Part shown: positions 38,560-51,630 of the stretch, in pieces
Numbering within the stretch: position 1 is the stretch's first letter
Layout of the letters: each line of letters opens with the position of its first letter
NCBI GenBank assembly: GCA_002269645.1
Contig: NIVC01003193.1
Coordinates: forward strand, 48,933 to 112,932
Length of the DNA: 64,000 nt
Direction of reading: 5' to 3'
Source of the DNA: Macrostomum lignano
Lineage: Eukaryota
The notes under the pieces: model-generated
The model's database searches: none
What the model saw: the letters and a program-made list of their open reading frames with translations, nothing else
Told to the model about the DNA's origin: nothing
Translations under genes and position numbers: made by a program

Positions 38560-41030
38560 ATTCCCAAGACAGCAAGCATCCCCCAAGTAGCAAGCATCCT
38601 TTAATACTCCTAGCAAGCATCTACCCAGATAGCAAGCATCTGCAGATAGCAAGCATCTGCAGATAGCAAGCATCTTGCAGATAGCAAGCATACCCCAAAT
38701 AATGTAGAAGCATCCTTCCAGATAGCAAGCATCCCCCAAATAATGTAGAAGCATCCTTCCAGATAGCAAGCATCCTGCACATAGCAAGAATCCCTAAATA
38801 GCAAGCATCCCTGGATAGAAATAATCCTATACATGTAGCCAAGCTTATCAAGCGCAGTAATCCTTGGCTATCGAGTGCAGTAATTCTTGGTTTGCCAAGT
38901 GCAGTAAGTAATCCTTGGTTTATTAATAGCAATAATCCATGGCTTATCGAGTGCAGTAATCCTTGGTTTATTAATAGCAATAATCCATGGCTTATCGAGT
39001 GCAGTAATTCTTGGTTTGCCAAGTGCAGTAAGTAATCCTTGGTTTATTAATAGCAATAATCCATGGCTTATCGAGTGCAGTAATCCTTGGTTTATTAATA
39101 GCAATAATCCTTGGCTTATCGAGTGCAGTAATCCTTGGTTCGGGTTGCATTAATCCTTGGTTTATTAATAGCAATAGTCCTTGGCTTATCGAGTGCATTA
39201 TTCCTTGGTTTATTAATAGCAATAGTCCTTGGCTTATCGAGGGCAGTAATCCTTGGTTTATTAATAGCAATAATCCTTGATAAATCAAGTGCAGTAATCC
39301 TTGGTTTATTAATAGCAATAATCCTTGATAAATCAAGTGCAGTAATCCTTGGTTTATTAATAGCAATAGTCCTTGGCTTATCGAGTACAGTAATCCTTGG
39401 TTTGCCAAGTGCAGTAATCCTTGGTTTATTAATAGCAATAACCCTTGGCTTATCGAGTGCAGTAATCCTTGGTTTATTAATAGCAATAATCCTTGGCTTA
39501 TCGAGTGCAGTAATCCTTGGTTTGCCAAGTGCAGTAATCCTTGGTTTATTAATAGCAATAATCCTTGGCTTATCGAGTGCAATAATCCTTGGTTTATTAT
39601 TAGCAATAATCCTTGGCTAATCGAGTGCAGTAATCCTTGGTTTGCCAAGTGCAGTAATCCTTGGTTTATTAATAGCAATAATCCTTGGCTTATCGAGTGC
39701 AGTAATCCTTGGTTTATTAATAGCAATAATCCTTGGCTTATCGAGTGCAGTAATCCTTGGTTTATTAATAGCAATAATCCTTGATTAATAAAGTGCAGTA
39801 ATCCTTGGTTTATTAATAGCAATAATCCTTGGCTTATCGAGTGCAGTAATCCTTGGTTTATTAATAGCAATAATCCTTGATTAATAAAGTGCATTAATCC
39901 TTGGTTTATTAATAGCAATAATCCTTGGCTTCTTGAGTGCAGTAATCCTTGGTTTATTAATAGCAATAATCCTTGGCTTATTGAGTGCAGTAATCCTTGG
40001 TTTGCCAGGAGCAATAGTCCTTGGTTTATCGAGTGCAGTAATCCTTGGTTTATTAATAGCAATAATCCTTGATTAATCAAGTGCATTAATCCTTGGTTTA
40101 TTAATAGCAATAATCCTTGGCTTATTGAGTGCAGTAATCCTTGGTTTATTAATAGCAATAATCCTTGATAAATCAAGTGCAGTAATCCTTGGTTTATTAA
40201 TAGCAATAATCCTTGATAAATCAAGTGCAGTAATCCTTGGTTTATTAATAGCAATAGTCCTTGGCTTATCGAGTGCAGTAATCCTTGGTTTGCCAAGTGC
40301 AGTAATCCTTGGTTTATTAATAGCAATAATCCTTGGCTTATCGAGTGCAGTAATCCTTGGTTTATTAATAGCAATAATCCTTGGCTTATCGAGTGCAGTA
40401 ATCGTTGGTTTATTAATAGCAATAATCCTTGGCTTATTGAGTGCAGTAATCCTTGGTTTGCCAGGAGCAATAGTCCTTGGTTTATCGAGTGCAGTAATCC
40501 TTGATTAATCAAGTGCATTAATCCTTGTTTTATTAATAGCAATAATCCTTGTCTTCTTGAGTGCAGTAATCCTTGGTTTATTAATAGCAATAATCCTTGG
40601 CTTATCGAGTGCAGTAATCCTTGGTTTATTAATAGCAATAATCCTTGGCAATTATCGAGTGCAGTAATCGTTGGTTTGCCAAGAGCAATAGTCCTTGGTT
40701 TATTAAGTGCAGTAATCCTTGGTTTATTAATAGCAATAATCCTTGGCTTATCGAGTGCAGTAATCCTTGGTTTGCCAAGTGCAGTAATCCTTGGTTTATT
40801 AATAGCAATAATCCTTGGCTTATCGAGTGCAGTAATCCTTGGTTTATTAATAGCAATAATCCTTGATTAATAAAGTGCATTAATCCTTGGTTTATTAATA
40901 GCAATAATCCTTGATTAATCAAGTGCATTAATACTTGGTTTATTAATAGCAATAATCCTTGGCTTATTGAGTGCAGTAATCCTTGGTTTATTAATAGCAA
41001 TAATCCTTGGCTTATGGAGTGCAGTAATCT
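38560..41030. repeat. satellite block: short AGATAGCAAGCATC array (38560-38820), then a 48-bp unit built of two ~24-bp halves (38850-41030)
   Basis: AATAATCCTTGGCTTATCGAGTGCAGTAATCCTTGGTTTATTAATAGC periodicity. Confidence 0.95.
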
Positions 41031-41667
41031 AAGTGTTTTTATTTAGCTTTTAATAAAAAATTTTACACTACTACTTTTCAGACACTAATCTACTAATCAT
41101 ACACTTAGATTCGAACCCAGGTTGCTGCATTAGCAGTCTGGTCTGTTCAGCTCTAGGCTAGCTCTCATCGAAGTTATCAGTGAATTTGTACCACTTAAAT
41201 AGTTCAACACTCACACAAAGTCAGGTAGAGTAAAAAGTCACGAAGCAGTTATGAGTTATGACATAATCAATTTCTTAGGCAAGTCAGTACCAGTCTCTAT
41301 AAAAGTTAACAATATGGTTACGCAATATAAATTGAGTACTGTGCTATGCTTTCACACTCAACGCTGTGACGCAATTCAATTGAGTGTCTTGTGTATTGTG
41401 ATGCAATCTATTTTAGAATCAGAATTCAACCAGTCAGTTTTTCTGCTAGCATTCTTACAATGCATTTCAATGCTTGACCTTTGCAAAAAAGCATGTTTTT
41501 CGAATATTTAATCCCTTTAACATTGAGCAATTTCTTAGCCAAGATGCATGTACTGTCACGGAAAAATTTCTGATCGAACAGTGCAAGTTCGAAGAAAATC
41601 GGTCCAGCCATTCAGGAGAAAATCGATTTCGTACAAGCAAGCAAGCAAGATTTTCATTTTTAGTATA

Positions 41668-44600
41668 TGGAAGACTCAAATTTAGGAAATTAAAAGGTAG
41701 CCTAAGACATTCTCCGTAGTAAATTTAGGGTGGGTGTAAAGTTTGGTGTAATTTGGTTGAGCGGTTTGGGAGTCCATAGCGATCAAAATTGTCCACACAC
41801 AGACAGAGTTTTGATTTTTATATGTAGAGACAAGCTGTTGAAACCCGCGGAATTTGAACCCGGGGAATTCCAATCCCCGGAACTATTTTTGCATGTATTC
41901 TGAAATCTGAGCCCATCTGAAACAAAAACTTGTTAATAGTTAGTTAGTAGGATAAAGGTAAACAAAAATGGAGTACATTCGCATACAATTAGGATGTGAG
42001 GCAAACATATTGTTGGCTGGGGTGCTTTTACTTTAAATAGGCAATTAATGTCTGTCTGACTCTAAAACATGTATTGGCAAACTCTGGCCTCTGCCTCTGA
42101 CTCTCCCTACGTCCCTTGGATCCTTTGAAACTTCTATCTTCTCTTCTGTTTCCTCTCTTCTCTCTCGTCCCTTGTCTCTTTTCTCCTCTCTTCTCTTTTT
42201 ACTCTCTCCTCTCTCCCCTCTTCTCTCGTCTCTTCCCTCATTTCTCTTCTTTTTCATCTCTCTTATCTCATCTCTTTTCTTTTTCCTCTCCTCGCACTCT
42301 TCTCTTATATTTTCCTTCACCTCTCTTCTCTCGTCTTTATTTGCTCTCTGATCTCTCCTTTCTCTTCTCTCTCTTCTCTTTTATCTCTTTTCATTTCTCT
42401 CTGCTTCCCCCTCTCTCTCTGCTTCCCCCCTCTCTCTGCTTCCCCCCTCTCTCTCTGCTTCCCCCTCTCTCTCTGCTTCCCCCCTCTCTCTGCTTCCCCC
42501 TCTCTCTCTCTGCTTCCCCCTCTCTCTGCTTCCCCCCTCTCTCTCTGCTTCCCCCCTCTCTCTCTGCTTCCCCCTCTCTCTGCTTCCCCCCTCTCTCTCT
42601 GCTTCCCCCTCTCTCTGCTTCCCCCTCTCTCTCTGCTTCCCCCTCTCTCTGCTTCCCCCCTCTCTCTCTCTGCTTCCCCCCTCTCTCTGCTTCCCCCCTC
42701 TCTCTCTGCTTCCCCCTCTCTCTCTGCTTCCCCCTCTCTCTCTGCTTCCCCCCCTCTCTCTCTGCTTCCCCCTCTATCTTATCTCTCCTCTCCCATCTTT
42801 CTTCTCCTCTCTACTCTCTCCCCTCCATTCTCCTTTTTTCTCTCCTCTCGCCTCACTTACTTCTCTCTCCCTTTGTCTCTCCTCTCGTCTCTGTAATCTC
42901 TACGCTCCCATCTCTCGTCTGTTCATTTTCGTCTCTGCTCTCAGCTCATCCCCCTCTTTCATCTGTCATCTTTACTGTCTTATATGTTCTCTCATTCTGT
43001 CCTCTCTGTACTCTTTTCTTTCACCTCTTTTGTCTGCTCACCTTCCTTTCTCCTTTCTCCTCTTCTCTTCCCTCTTCTATATACTCTCTCCCTCTCTTGT
43101 CTCGTCTCTTCTCTCTCCACTCTCCTCCTTTATCTCTCATCTCTCATTTCTCATCTCTCCTTTTTCCTCTTTACTAACTCCTCTCTGCTCTTCTCTCTGC
43201 TCTCCTCTCATCTGCAGCTCTCTGCTCTCTCCTCTCTACTCGCTCCTCTACTCACTCCTCTACTCTCTCTCTACTCGCTCCTCTACTCTCTCCTCTCTAC
43301 TCGCTCCTCTCTATTCTCTCCTCTCATTGTCCTCGCTCCCTCATCTCTCCTATTATCTTTTATCTTTTCTCTTATTCTCTCTCTCACCTCTCCTCTCTTT
43401 TCGAATCGTCTATTCCTTCTTCTCTCCACTCTCAACTAGGGATTCCAAAATCCCGACATTTTACAATCCCGGGATTGAATAGTCCCGAAATCCCGATGCT
43501 GTTGAAATCCCGGGATTCAAAATCCCGGAATCCCGGTGCTTTTGCAATCCCGGGATTAAAAATCCCGGGATTCGATTCCCAAAAAAATCCCGGGATTCAA
43601 ATCCCGGATTTTTGGCCCCAATCCCGGGATCCCGGGATCCCGGGATTGGAATCCCTAAATTGCTAGACGGACTGTGCGGCGTGCCGCGTGCAGTAGTCAT
43701 GGTCTCGCGACTCTCAGAGTCTCAGGGCCTTTTCATATTACCAATTCCAGAACCAGAATCGGTTCGGAATTCGAAGAAAAACAGCAGTATAACTATTAAA
43801 CTCTGTTAATATTTGACTGCCTTAACAGCCTCACTTTGCACGATTTTTCACTTTCTTCTTGGCGACTGTCATTCAATAATAAAAACTTTATAGCACGTAT
43901 CTCCCTCTAGTTATGGAGACAAAAAGTTTATACTTCACAAATTGGTTCTTGTTCTGGAACCAGAGAAAGCAATATGAAAAGGCCCTCAGTCTCGTCTCGT
44001 GGTAGAAAACGAAAAAAAGTTAAAATTATCTATCATTTACAGTTCACATTAACAATTTTTAGCTCAATTAGGACAGGAGCTTTGCAAATGTTTAACGTTT
44101 CATTGAGAAACAGCAAAAACAAATAAATGTTTTATTATTCAAATAAACGTTTAGACTTTAAATTATTTAATTTAGGCATTGAAAGGTCGTTCTAATCCCG
44201 GACCAATCCCGGGATTAAGGCCTTGAAATCCCGGGATCCCGATCCCGGTCTTTTGCAATCCCGGGATTAAAAATCCCGGGATTCGATTCCCAAAAAAATC
44301 CCGGGATTCAAATCCCGGATTTTTGGCCCCAATCCCGGGATCCCGGGATCCCGGGATCCCGGGATTGGAATCCCTACTCTCAACTGCCCCTCAGCCATAA
44401 GCTGGATTCTTTTCTGGCCTTTGAGGTAAAAGTCTGCCCATTCCTGCTTGGAAAGCCAGTTTGTGGGACGTAGTACTCTCATGGCTGTTCTCATGCTTTG
44501 ATCATGTCATCTTTCTTGCCAATTTGCAAGCCCTGAAAGAAATTTGTGTATCTTCAGCTCCACTGCAGTCTGCATCAGTCTAACAACCAAGGAAATACGC

Positions 44601-46045
44601 ATTTCTTAGGAGGACATTTAAATTTTAAAGTACCTTTAAGAGAAACCTAAAATTTCCATGATGTGACTAATTTAGTAGAGTTGTATTGCATTGCATCGCC
44701 TTTTCATAAATCTTTCGCTTTTACAAACCATGCTGGATTACCCTGATTTGCCATCCACTACGTTAAACTGCTGCAGAGTTTGCCTATACAGAGGACAGTG
44801 GTTAGAATTTCTCACTAAAATGTTATGGATGGCTAAACGTAGCCTCTCAACGGGGGGTGCAGAGAAGGCCATAAACAAAGCTATTCCAAAACACTGTACA
44901 TTTTCTATGTACATTCAGTCCTATCGCCTGACCCTTCGTCTGGCTCTGGGGGAATGAGTGAGTGAGTGGCACAAACAACAGAAAAAGCAGACAAACTTCA
45001 CATGCTTACAGTTTCTTTTTCGGTTGAGTTACAGAGTTGAAACTTTACATTTAGATAGAGAATGAGTTAATAAAGAATTGTGTCAAGTTTGAAGTCAATC
45101 GCTTTACGTGGAGCAAACTTATGGCAGCTGAAAATTAGTCAATTTTGAAACCCTTTTACACATCTGGGCCCAGATCGGTATCGGAAAGAGAGGCAGGCGG
45201 GCGGAGGTTGGGGTGGTTGCTACGCTGAAAAAAACAGCCTAACTTTAAAAGTGCACAGCACTGCTCAGGATTAACTTTGAAACTCGAAATTTTACACGAT
45301 TGTGCCAAAATAGTTGAAAATTGTCTGTGTCAAATTTGAAGAGAATCGGTAGAAGTGGAGCGGCGCTATGGAGGATTTAGTGAAAAAATCGCGCATTTTG
45401 AGCAGTTTTTTGCACTTTTAGGTAGGAAGACTCAAATTTAGGAAATTTTAAGGTAGCCTAAGACATTCTCCGTAGTAAGTTTAGGGTGGGTGTAAAGTTT
45501 GGTGTAATTTGGTTGAGCGGTTTGGGAGTCCATAGCGATCAAAATTGTCCACACACAGACAGACACACACACAGACACACACACAGAGTTTTGATTTTTA
45601 GGTCGTACAAGCTGTTGAAACCCGCGGATTTTGAACCCGGGGAATTCCAATACCCGGAACTACTTTTGCATGTATTCTGAAATCTAAGGCCATCTCTCTC
45701 GTCCCTCGTCTCTCCTCTCTCCTCTCTCCCCTCTTCTCTCGTATCTTCCCTCATCTCTCTTCTCTTCATTCTCTCTTATCTCATCTCTTGTCTCTTCTTT
45801 TCTCTCTCCTCTCCTCTCTCCTCTTCTCTCTCCTCTCTCCTCTCACCCCGTCTTCTCTCTGATCTTCATTCTCCTTTCTATTCTTTTCTCTCTTCTCTTA
45901 ACTCTCTCCTCTACTCTCTACTCTCTCCTCTCTTCTCTCGTCTCTTCCCTCACCTCTTTTCTCTCTCGTTTTTGCTCTCTCATCTTTCCTTTCTCTTCTT
46001 TTATCTTTTCTCTCTTATCTCTTCTCATTTCTCTCTGCTCCCCCT

Positions 46046-46129
<84 letters not shown>

Positions 46130-46154
46130 ATCTCTTCTCATTTCTCTCTGCTCC

Positions 46155-46252
<98 letters not shown>

Positions 46253-48150
46253 TATCTCCCCTCCTCTCTCTACTCTCTCCCTCTCCATTCTCCTCTTTCC
46301 TCTCCTCTCTTCTCACTCACTTCTCTACCTTTGTCTCTCCTCTCTCCTCTCGTCTCTGTAACCTCTCCTCTGTTCTCTCTACTCTCCCATCTTTTATCTG
46401 TTCACTCTCGTCTCTGCTCTCTCACCCCCTCTTTAATCTGGCATCTCTGTCTTATATATTCTCTCACCTCTCTCCTCTGTACTCTTTTCTTTCCCCTCTT
46501 TTGACTCCTCACTTTCCTTTCTCCTTTCTTCTTTTTTCTTCTCTTCCCTTTTCTATACTCTGTCTCCCTCTCTTCTCTCACTCCACTCTCCTCTCTCCGT
46601 TATCTCTCATCTCTCATTTCTCATCTCTCCTTCCACTTCTTCATCTCTAAAACCTTAGAGATGTAGAGATGTATCTTTATCTCTTCTCTCTTCCCTTTAC
46701 TCTCTCATCTCTTCTTTCACCTGTTTCCTCTCTGCTGTCTCCTCTCTCCTCTCATCTGCAGCTCTCTGCTCTCTCATCTCTCATCTCTCCTCTCGCTTTT
46801 CCTCTCTCCCCTCTTCTCCCCTCTCTCTCATCGTCCTCACCCCCTTATCTCTCCTATTATCTTTTATCTTTTCTTTTATCCGCTCTGTCGCCTCTCCTCT
46901 CTTCGAATCGTCTATTCGTTCTTCTTTCCACTTTCATCTGCCCCTCAGCTATGAGCTGGATTCTTTATCTGGCCTTTGAGGTAAAAGTATGCCCATCCCT
47001 GCTTGGAAAGCCAGTTTGTGGGATGTAGTACTCTCATGGTTGTTCTCATGCTTTGATCACGTCATCTTTCTTGCCAATTTGCAGCCCTGAAAGGAATTTG
47101 TGTATCTTCAGCTCCACTGCAGTCTTCATCGGTCTAACAACCAAGGAAATACGCATTTCTTAGGAGGCCATTTAAATTTTAAAGTACCTTTAAGAGAAAA
47201 CCTAAATTTCCATGGTGTGTCTAATTTAGTAGGGTTGTATTGCATTGCATCGCTTTTTCATAAATCTTTCGCTTTTACAAACCATGCTGAATTACCTTGA
47301 TTTGCCATTGCCATCCACTGTTAAACTGCTGCAGAGTTTGCCTATACAGAGGGCAGTGGTTAGAATTTCTCACTAAACTGTTATGGCTAAACGTAGCCTC
47401 TCCACTCTCGGGGTGCAGAGAAGGCTATAAATAAAGTTATTCTAAAACACTGTACATTTGCTATGTACATTCAGTCCTATCGCCGGACCCTTCGTCTTCA
47501 TGGGGAATGAGTGAGTGAGTGGCACAAACAACAGAAAAAGCAGACAAACTTTACATGCTTACAGTTTCTGTTCTGATTGAGTAAGAGAGTTGAAACTTTA
47601 CATTTAGACAGAGAATGAATCAAAGAAGAATTGTGTTAAGTTAGAAGTCAATCGCTTCACGTGGAGCAAACTTATGGCAGCCGAAAGTTAGTCATTTTAA
47701 AACCCATTTACACCCTTTGCCCAGATCGGGAAAGAGGCAGGCGGGCGGAGGTTGGGGTGGCTGTCTCGCTGAAAAAAACAGCCAAAATTTAAAAGTGCAC
47801 AGCGCCGTTCAGGATTAACTTTGAGACTCGAAATTTTACACGATTGTGTCAAAATAGTTGAAAATTGATTGTGTCAAATTTGAAGAGGATCGGTAGAAGT
47901 GGAGCGGCGCTAAGGAGGCTTTAGTAAAAAAATCGCGCATTTTGAGCAGTTTTTTGCACTTTTAGGTAGGAAGACTCAAATTTAGGAAATTTAAAGGTAG
48001 CCTAAGACATTCTCCGTAGTGAGTTTAGGGTGGGTGTAAAATTTGGTGTAATTTGGTTGAGCGGTTTGGGAGTCCATAGCGATCAAAATTGTCCACACAC
48101 AGACAGACAGACAGACAGACAGACAGAGTTTTGATTTTTATAGTTAGAGA
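41668..48150 (+). mobile_element. head-to-tail array of Helentron/HINE-like units (3' fragment 41668-41825, copy 2 41826-45600, copy 3 45605-48150)
   Basis: Each 3' end (..GTCCACACAC(AGAC)nAGAGTTTTGATTTTTA) is joined almost directly to the next ACAAGCTGTTGAAACCCGCGG start; internal CT-rich tracts differ between copies. Confidence 0.65.
43437..44376. mobile_element. hAT-type non-autonomous element with ATCCCGGGAT subterminal repeats
   Basis: Perfect 12-bp TIR TAGGGATTCCAA / TTGGAATCCCTA; perfect 8-bp TSD CTCTCAAC; an extra internal right end finishes at 43657. Confidence 0.9.
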
Positions 48151-48200
48151 TGATATATTATTAATTTTGGGCAATATTATATATATAATAATATATATAA

Positions 48201-49624
48201 TGTGGCATATGAGGCGGAAGGCCTTTTAGTTTCAATAGATGGAATGGCAGCAAAGATGTTGCACTGCATTGCGCGTATATTTATACAAGTGAGAACAGCG
48301 CGAGATTATTGAGGGGCCAAGGGAGGTGCGCACATGTGGCGTGGCATGATTGGCTACGCCAACCCCCCTGGCTTAGCGAGCCGGCTTGCGCGGTGCGCCA
48401 CTACCCCACCTCAGCTAGACAGAGGTTGGCGGGGGGGGGTTTCCAGTGCGGCTGCACTGGTGCTGCCGGTCGCATAGTCTGGCCGCCACACAGCTCCCCC
48501 AGCACTGAGCTAGGCCACGAACGTCGGGTAGTAGCCAAGGCAGAGAGAGTGCCGAGGAGCGGGCGCCGAAGGCGGCAGGGATGCGAGGTGGGCGCCGATG
48601 GCAGCAGGTCACCGAGTGGGCGCCGGGCGGGCGCCAAAGGCAGCAGGGCGCCAGGCGGGCGCCAAAGGCAGCAGCAGGGTGCCAAAGGCAGCAGGGCGCC
48701 GATGGCAGCAGCAGGGCACCAGGCGGGCGCCGATGGCAGCAGGGCGCCGAGCGGGCGCCAGGTGGGCGCCGAAGGCAGCAGGGCGCCAGGCGGGCGCCGA
48801 AAGCAGTAGGGCGCCAGACGGGCGCCAATGGCAGCAGGGCGCCAGGTGGGCGCCAAAGGCAGCAGAATGCCAGGCGGGCGCCAAAGGCAGTGGGGCGCCA
48901 GGAGGGCGCCGAAGGCAGCAGCAGGACGCCAGGCGGGCACGCGGCCAGACCACACCAGAGGCAATCGACAGTCAGTTGCCGCCATGAGCCGGATCGATGC
49001 TCCTGCACAGAGGCTGGGGACATTAGGCTAGCAGCAGCGGTGCTAACCTAAAAGTAGCTGCAGCGTGTGGCGCTGGTTGGTCCAATGCGGGGGCTGAAAG
49101 GCGAGACCCCAGGAGCTACCGGGGGGCGGGCTGACTGGGCCAATTCGTGCTGCTGGGCTGTGGTGCTGCTGTGCTACGGTGCTGCGGTGCTGCTGTGCTG
49201 CCGTGCTGCGGTGCTGCCATGCTGCGGTGCTGCTGTGCTGCTGTGCTGCTGTTGTAGTTGGCCAAGGCGGTTGGCTGCCAGGACTGCACAGGGCCGACCA
49301 GGTAGGCCCAGCGTTCCGCGCTGGGAGTCCGGGCTCACCAATGAGGCGGAAGGCCTTTTGGTTTCAATAGATGGAATGGCAGCAAAGATGTTGCACTGCA
49401 TTGCGCGTATATTTATACAAGTGAGAACAGCGCGAGATTATTGAGGGGCCAAGGGAGGTGCGCACATGTGGCGTGGCGTGATTGGCTACGCCAACCCCCC
49501 TGGCTTAGCAAGCCGGCTAGCGTGGTGCGCCACCACCCCACCTTAGCTAGACAGAGGTTGGCGGGGGGGGGTTTCCAGTGCAGCTGCACTGGTGCTGCCG
49601 GTCGCGTAGTCTGGCCGCCACACA
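48201..49624. mobile_element. non-autonomous LTR-like element with ~284-bp direct repeats (48209-48492, 49341-49624) and GC-rich internal minisatellite
   Basis: TGTGGC...GCCACA ends; the right repeat may extend to TGTGGC at 49066; PPT-like GGGGGAGC on the minus strand next to the left repeat; inserted in an AT microsatellite. No PBS or coding region seen. Confidence 0.5.
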
Positions 49625-50231
49625 TATATATTATGTATTATAAATAGTTATATTTTTAGTATATTTGATTGGATAGATGCATTGACATCTTTGATAAATT
49701 TAATATATTTTCAAATAATCTTTGCTATAACTTGTAGACTACTCTATTGAATTATAAAAAAATCTTTAGCATATAAATTTCTTATTGTGCTACATTGTTA
49801 TATTGTGTTTATAAATATGTAAATTTTTAATAGAAAGTATTGATAAAGCATTGATTAATAAATATAATATATTTTTAACCAATAACCATTTGTTATTAGC
49901 AAAAATTAGATAGAGTTAAAAAATAAAAGCAAGAATAATATCTATAACAATCCAAAATGGTATGTTTACCTAAATTTAGAAATTTCAATGGCTAGAGAGC
50001 TGCTATATAAAGATGCTTAGTAGGCCAAAGTTCCAACCCTTGCAATATGGCTATATAAATGATTGTTTTTTCAACTCAAAAGGCACAATTAAAAAAAAGT
50101 GCATTAGCCATTGCAGTGGCTGTCACATTTTGTTGTGTTTTCCTATAAAGTAGCTTTTGATGGTTGTTACATTAGCTGTTTCTGTCTATTTAGGCAATTA
50201 ATATTAATAATATAAATGATAATTAATTATG

Positions 50232-50455
50232 CCTGCCCAGGACAGGTGTGTGCAACCGACAGCTCAGCTGCAGATATTGCATGGCACATCTGAAGGCTGC
50301 ATACAGCTGTTCAGTCCAAGGACTGGGGGGTCGCCACACACACCCTCAATTACCCCAGCTAATGCTGGCACCCATTTTACAGCTGGGGTGAACTGAAACA
50401 ATGCAGAGTTAAGCATCTTGCGCAATCTGAAGTCGTGAGTCCAATGCTCACGACC
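50232..50455 (-). mobile_element. CORE-SINE copy (internally deleted)
   Basis: Aligns to 3050-3320. Confidence 0.8.
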
Positions 50456-50909
50456 CCATTGTTTGCTTTAGGCAAGCAGAGCAAGTAAAGTTGTACATTG
50501 CAACAATGTTAATGCCCGAGTAACATTTCGCCATTGTAACATTGTAGTGACCTTTTCACTGCAGTATTGTAGCCGCAGTACACTGGAATACTCAGTTAGT
50601 CAGGTGATGCCTGTCTGCCGCCCTTGAACACTCGTCCACCCTTCTGCCCCTCTCGCTTTGGGGTTGACTGCAGGCCATTCCCAGGGCTGTGTGGGCGAAG
50701 GCCAATTCTATCTGTGCGTATGGCTATGCCACCGTATGGCCATGGAGTATGGAGCAACCTGGATTGGGAAACTATTGAGATGTAGGCAGGTCGAAGCGCC
50801 ATATGGATGATTCGATTTTTTAATCCTGAGAAGCCGAACCTGCTTTTTGAGGTCGGATGAGACAAGAAATTATCCCATCTCTTAGCGATTTCCGCCTTTC
50901 GATTCAAAA

Positions 50910-51630
50910 TCGATTTTATGGTGGGTGGAAAAAGCCAAGAATTCTACATGTACGCGACTAAATTCCTAGATGTACATTGTTTTTGAGAATCGGTGTTGTT
51001 AGTGCTCATTTTGGCGCTGCGGGCACTGATTTTTGCGCCGCAGGCACTGATTTTGGCGCCGCAGGCACTGATTTTGGCGCCGCAGGCACTGATTTTGGCG
51101 CCGCATGCAGATTTTTGCGCCGCAGGCACTGATTTTTGCGCCGCAGGCACTGCTTTTGGCGCCGCAGGCACTGATTTTGGCGCCGCAGGCACTGATTTTG
51201 GCGCCGCAGGCACTGATTTTGGCGCCGCATGCAGATTTTGGCGCCGCAGGCACTGATTTTGGCGCCGCAGGCACTGATTTTGGCGCCGCAGGCACTCATT
51301 TTGGCCCGCAGGGATTTTGGCGCCGCAGGCACTCATTTTGGCCCGCAGGGATTTTGGCGCCGCAGGCACTCATTTTGGCGCCGCAGGCACTCAATTTGGC
51401 GCCGCAGGCACTCATTTTGGCGCCGCAGGCACTCATTTTGGCGCCGCAGGGACTCATTTTGGCGCGACAGGCACTCATTTTGGCGCCGCAGGGATTTTGG
51501 CGCTGCAGGCATTCATTTCGCCACCCTGAAGCCAAATTATTGTTTTCCACAATGAGTCACAAGGTGGGGTGAGGTGGGCGGGGGGCAAAGCATTGGCATG
51601 TCCCTCCCATAGCTTTTACTATGTAGGGAC
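50910..51630. mobile_element. MITE of the 22109 family with expanded 21-bp TTTTGGCGCCGCAGGCACTGA array
   Basis: Flanks TTTATGGTGGG..AAGAATTC.ACATGTAC and CACAATGAGTCACAAGGTGGG match the 22109-22615 copy. Confidence 0.75.

Noticed and set aside
38992-40638. 548-aa LLINQG repeat ORF
   Set aside because: Translation of a 48-bp satellite; no non-repetitive coding context.
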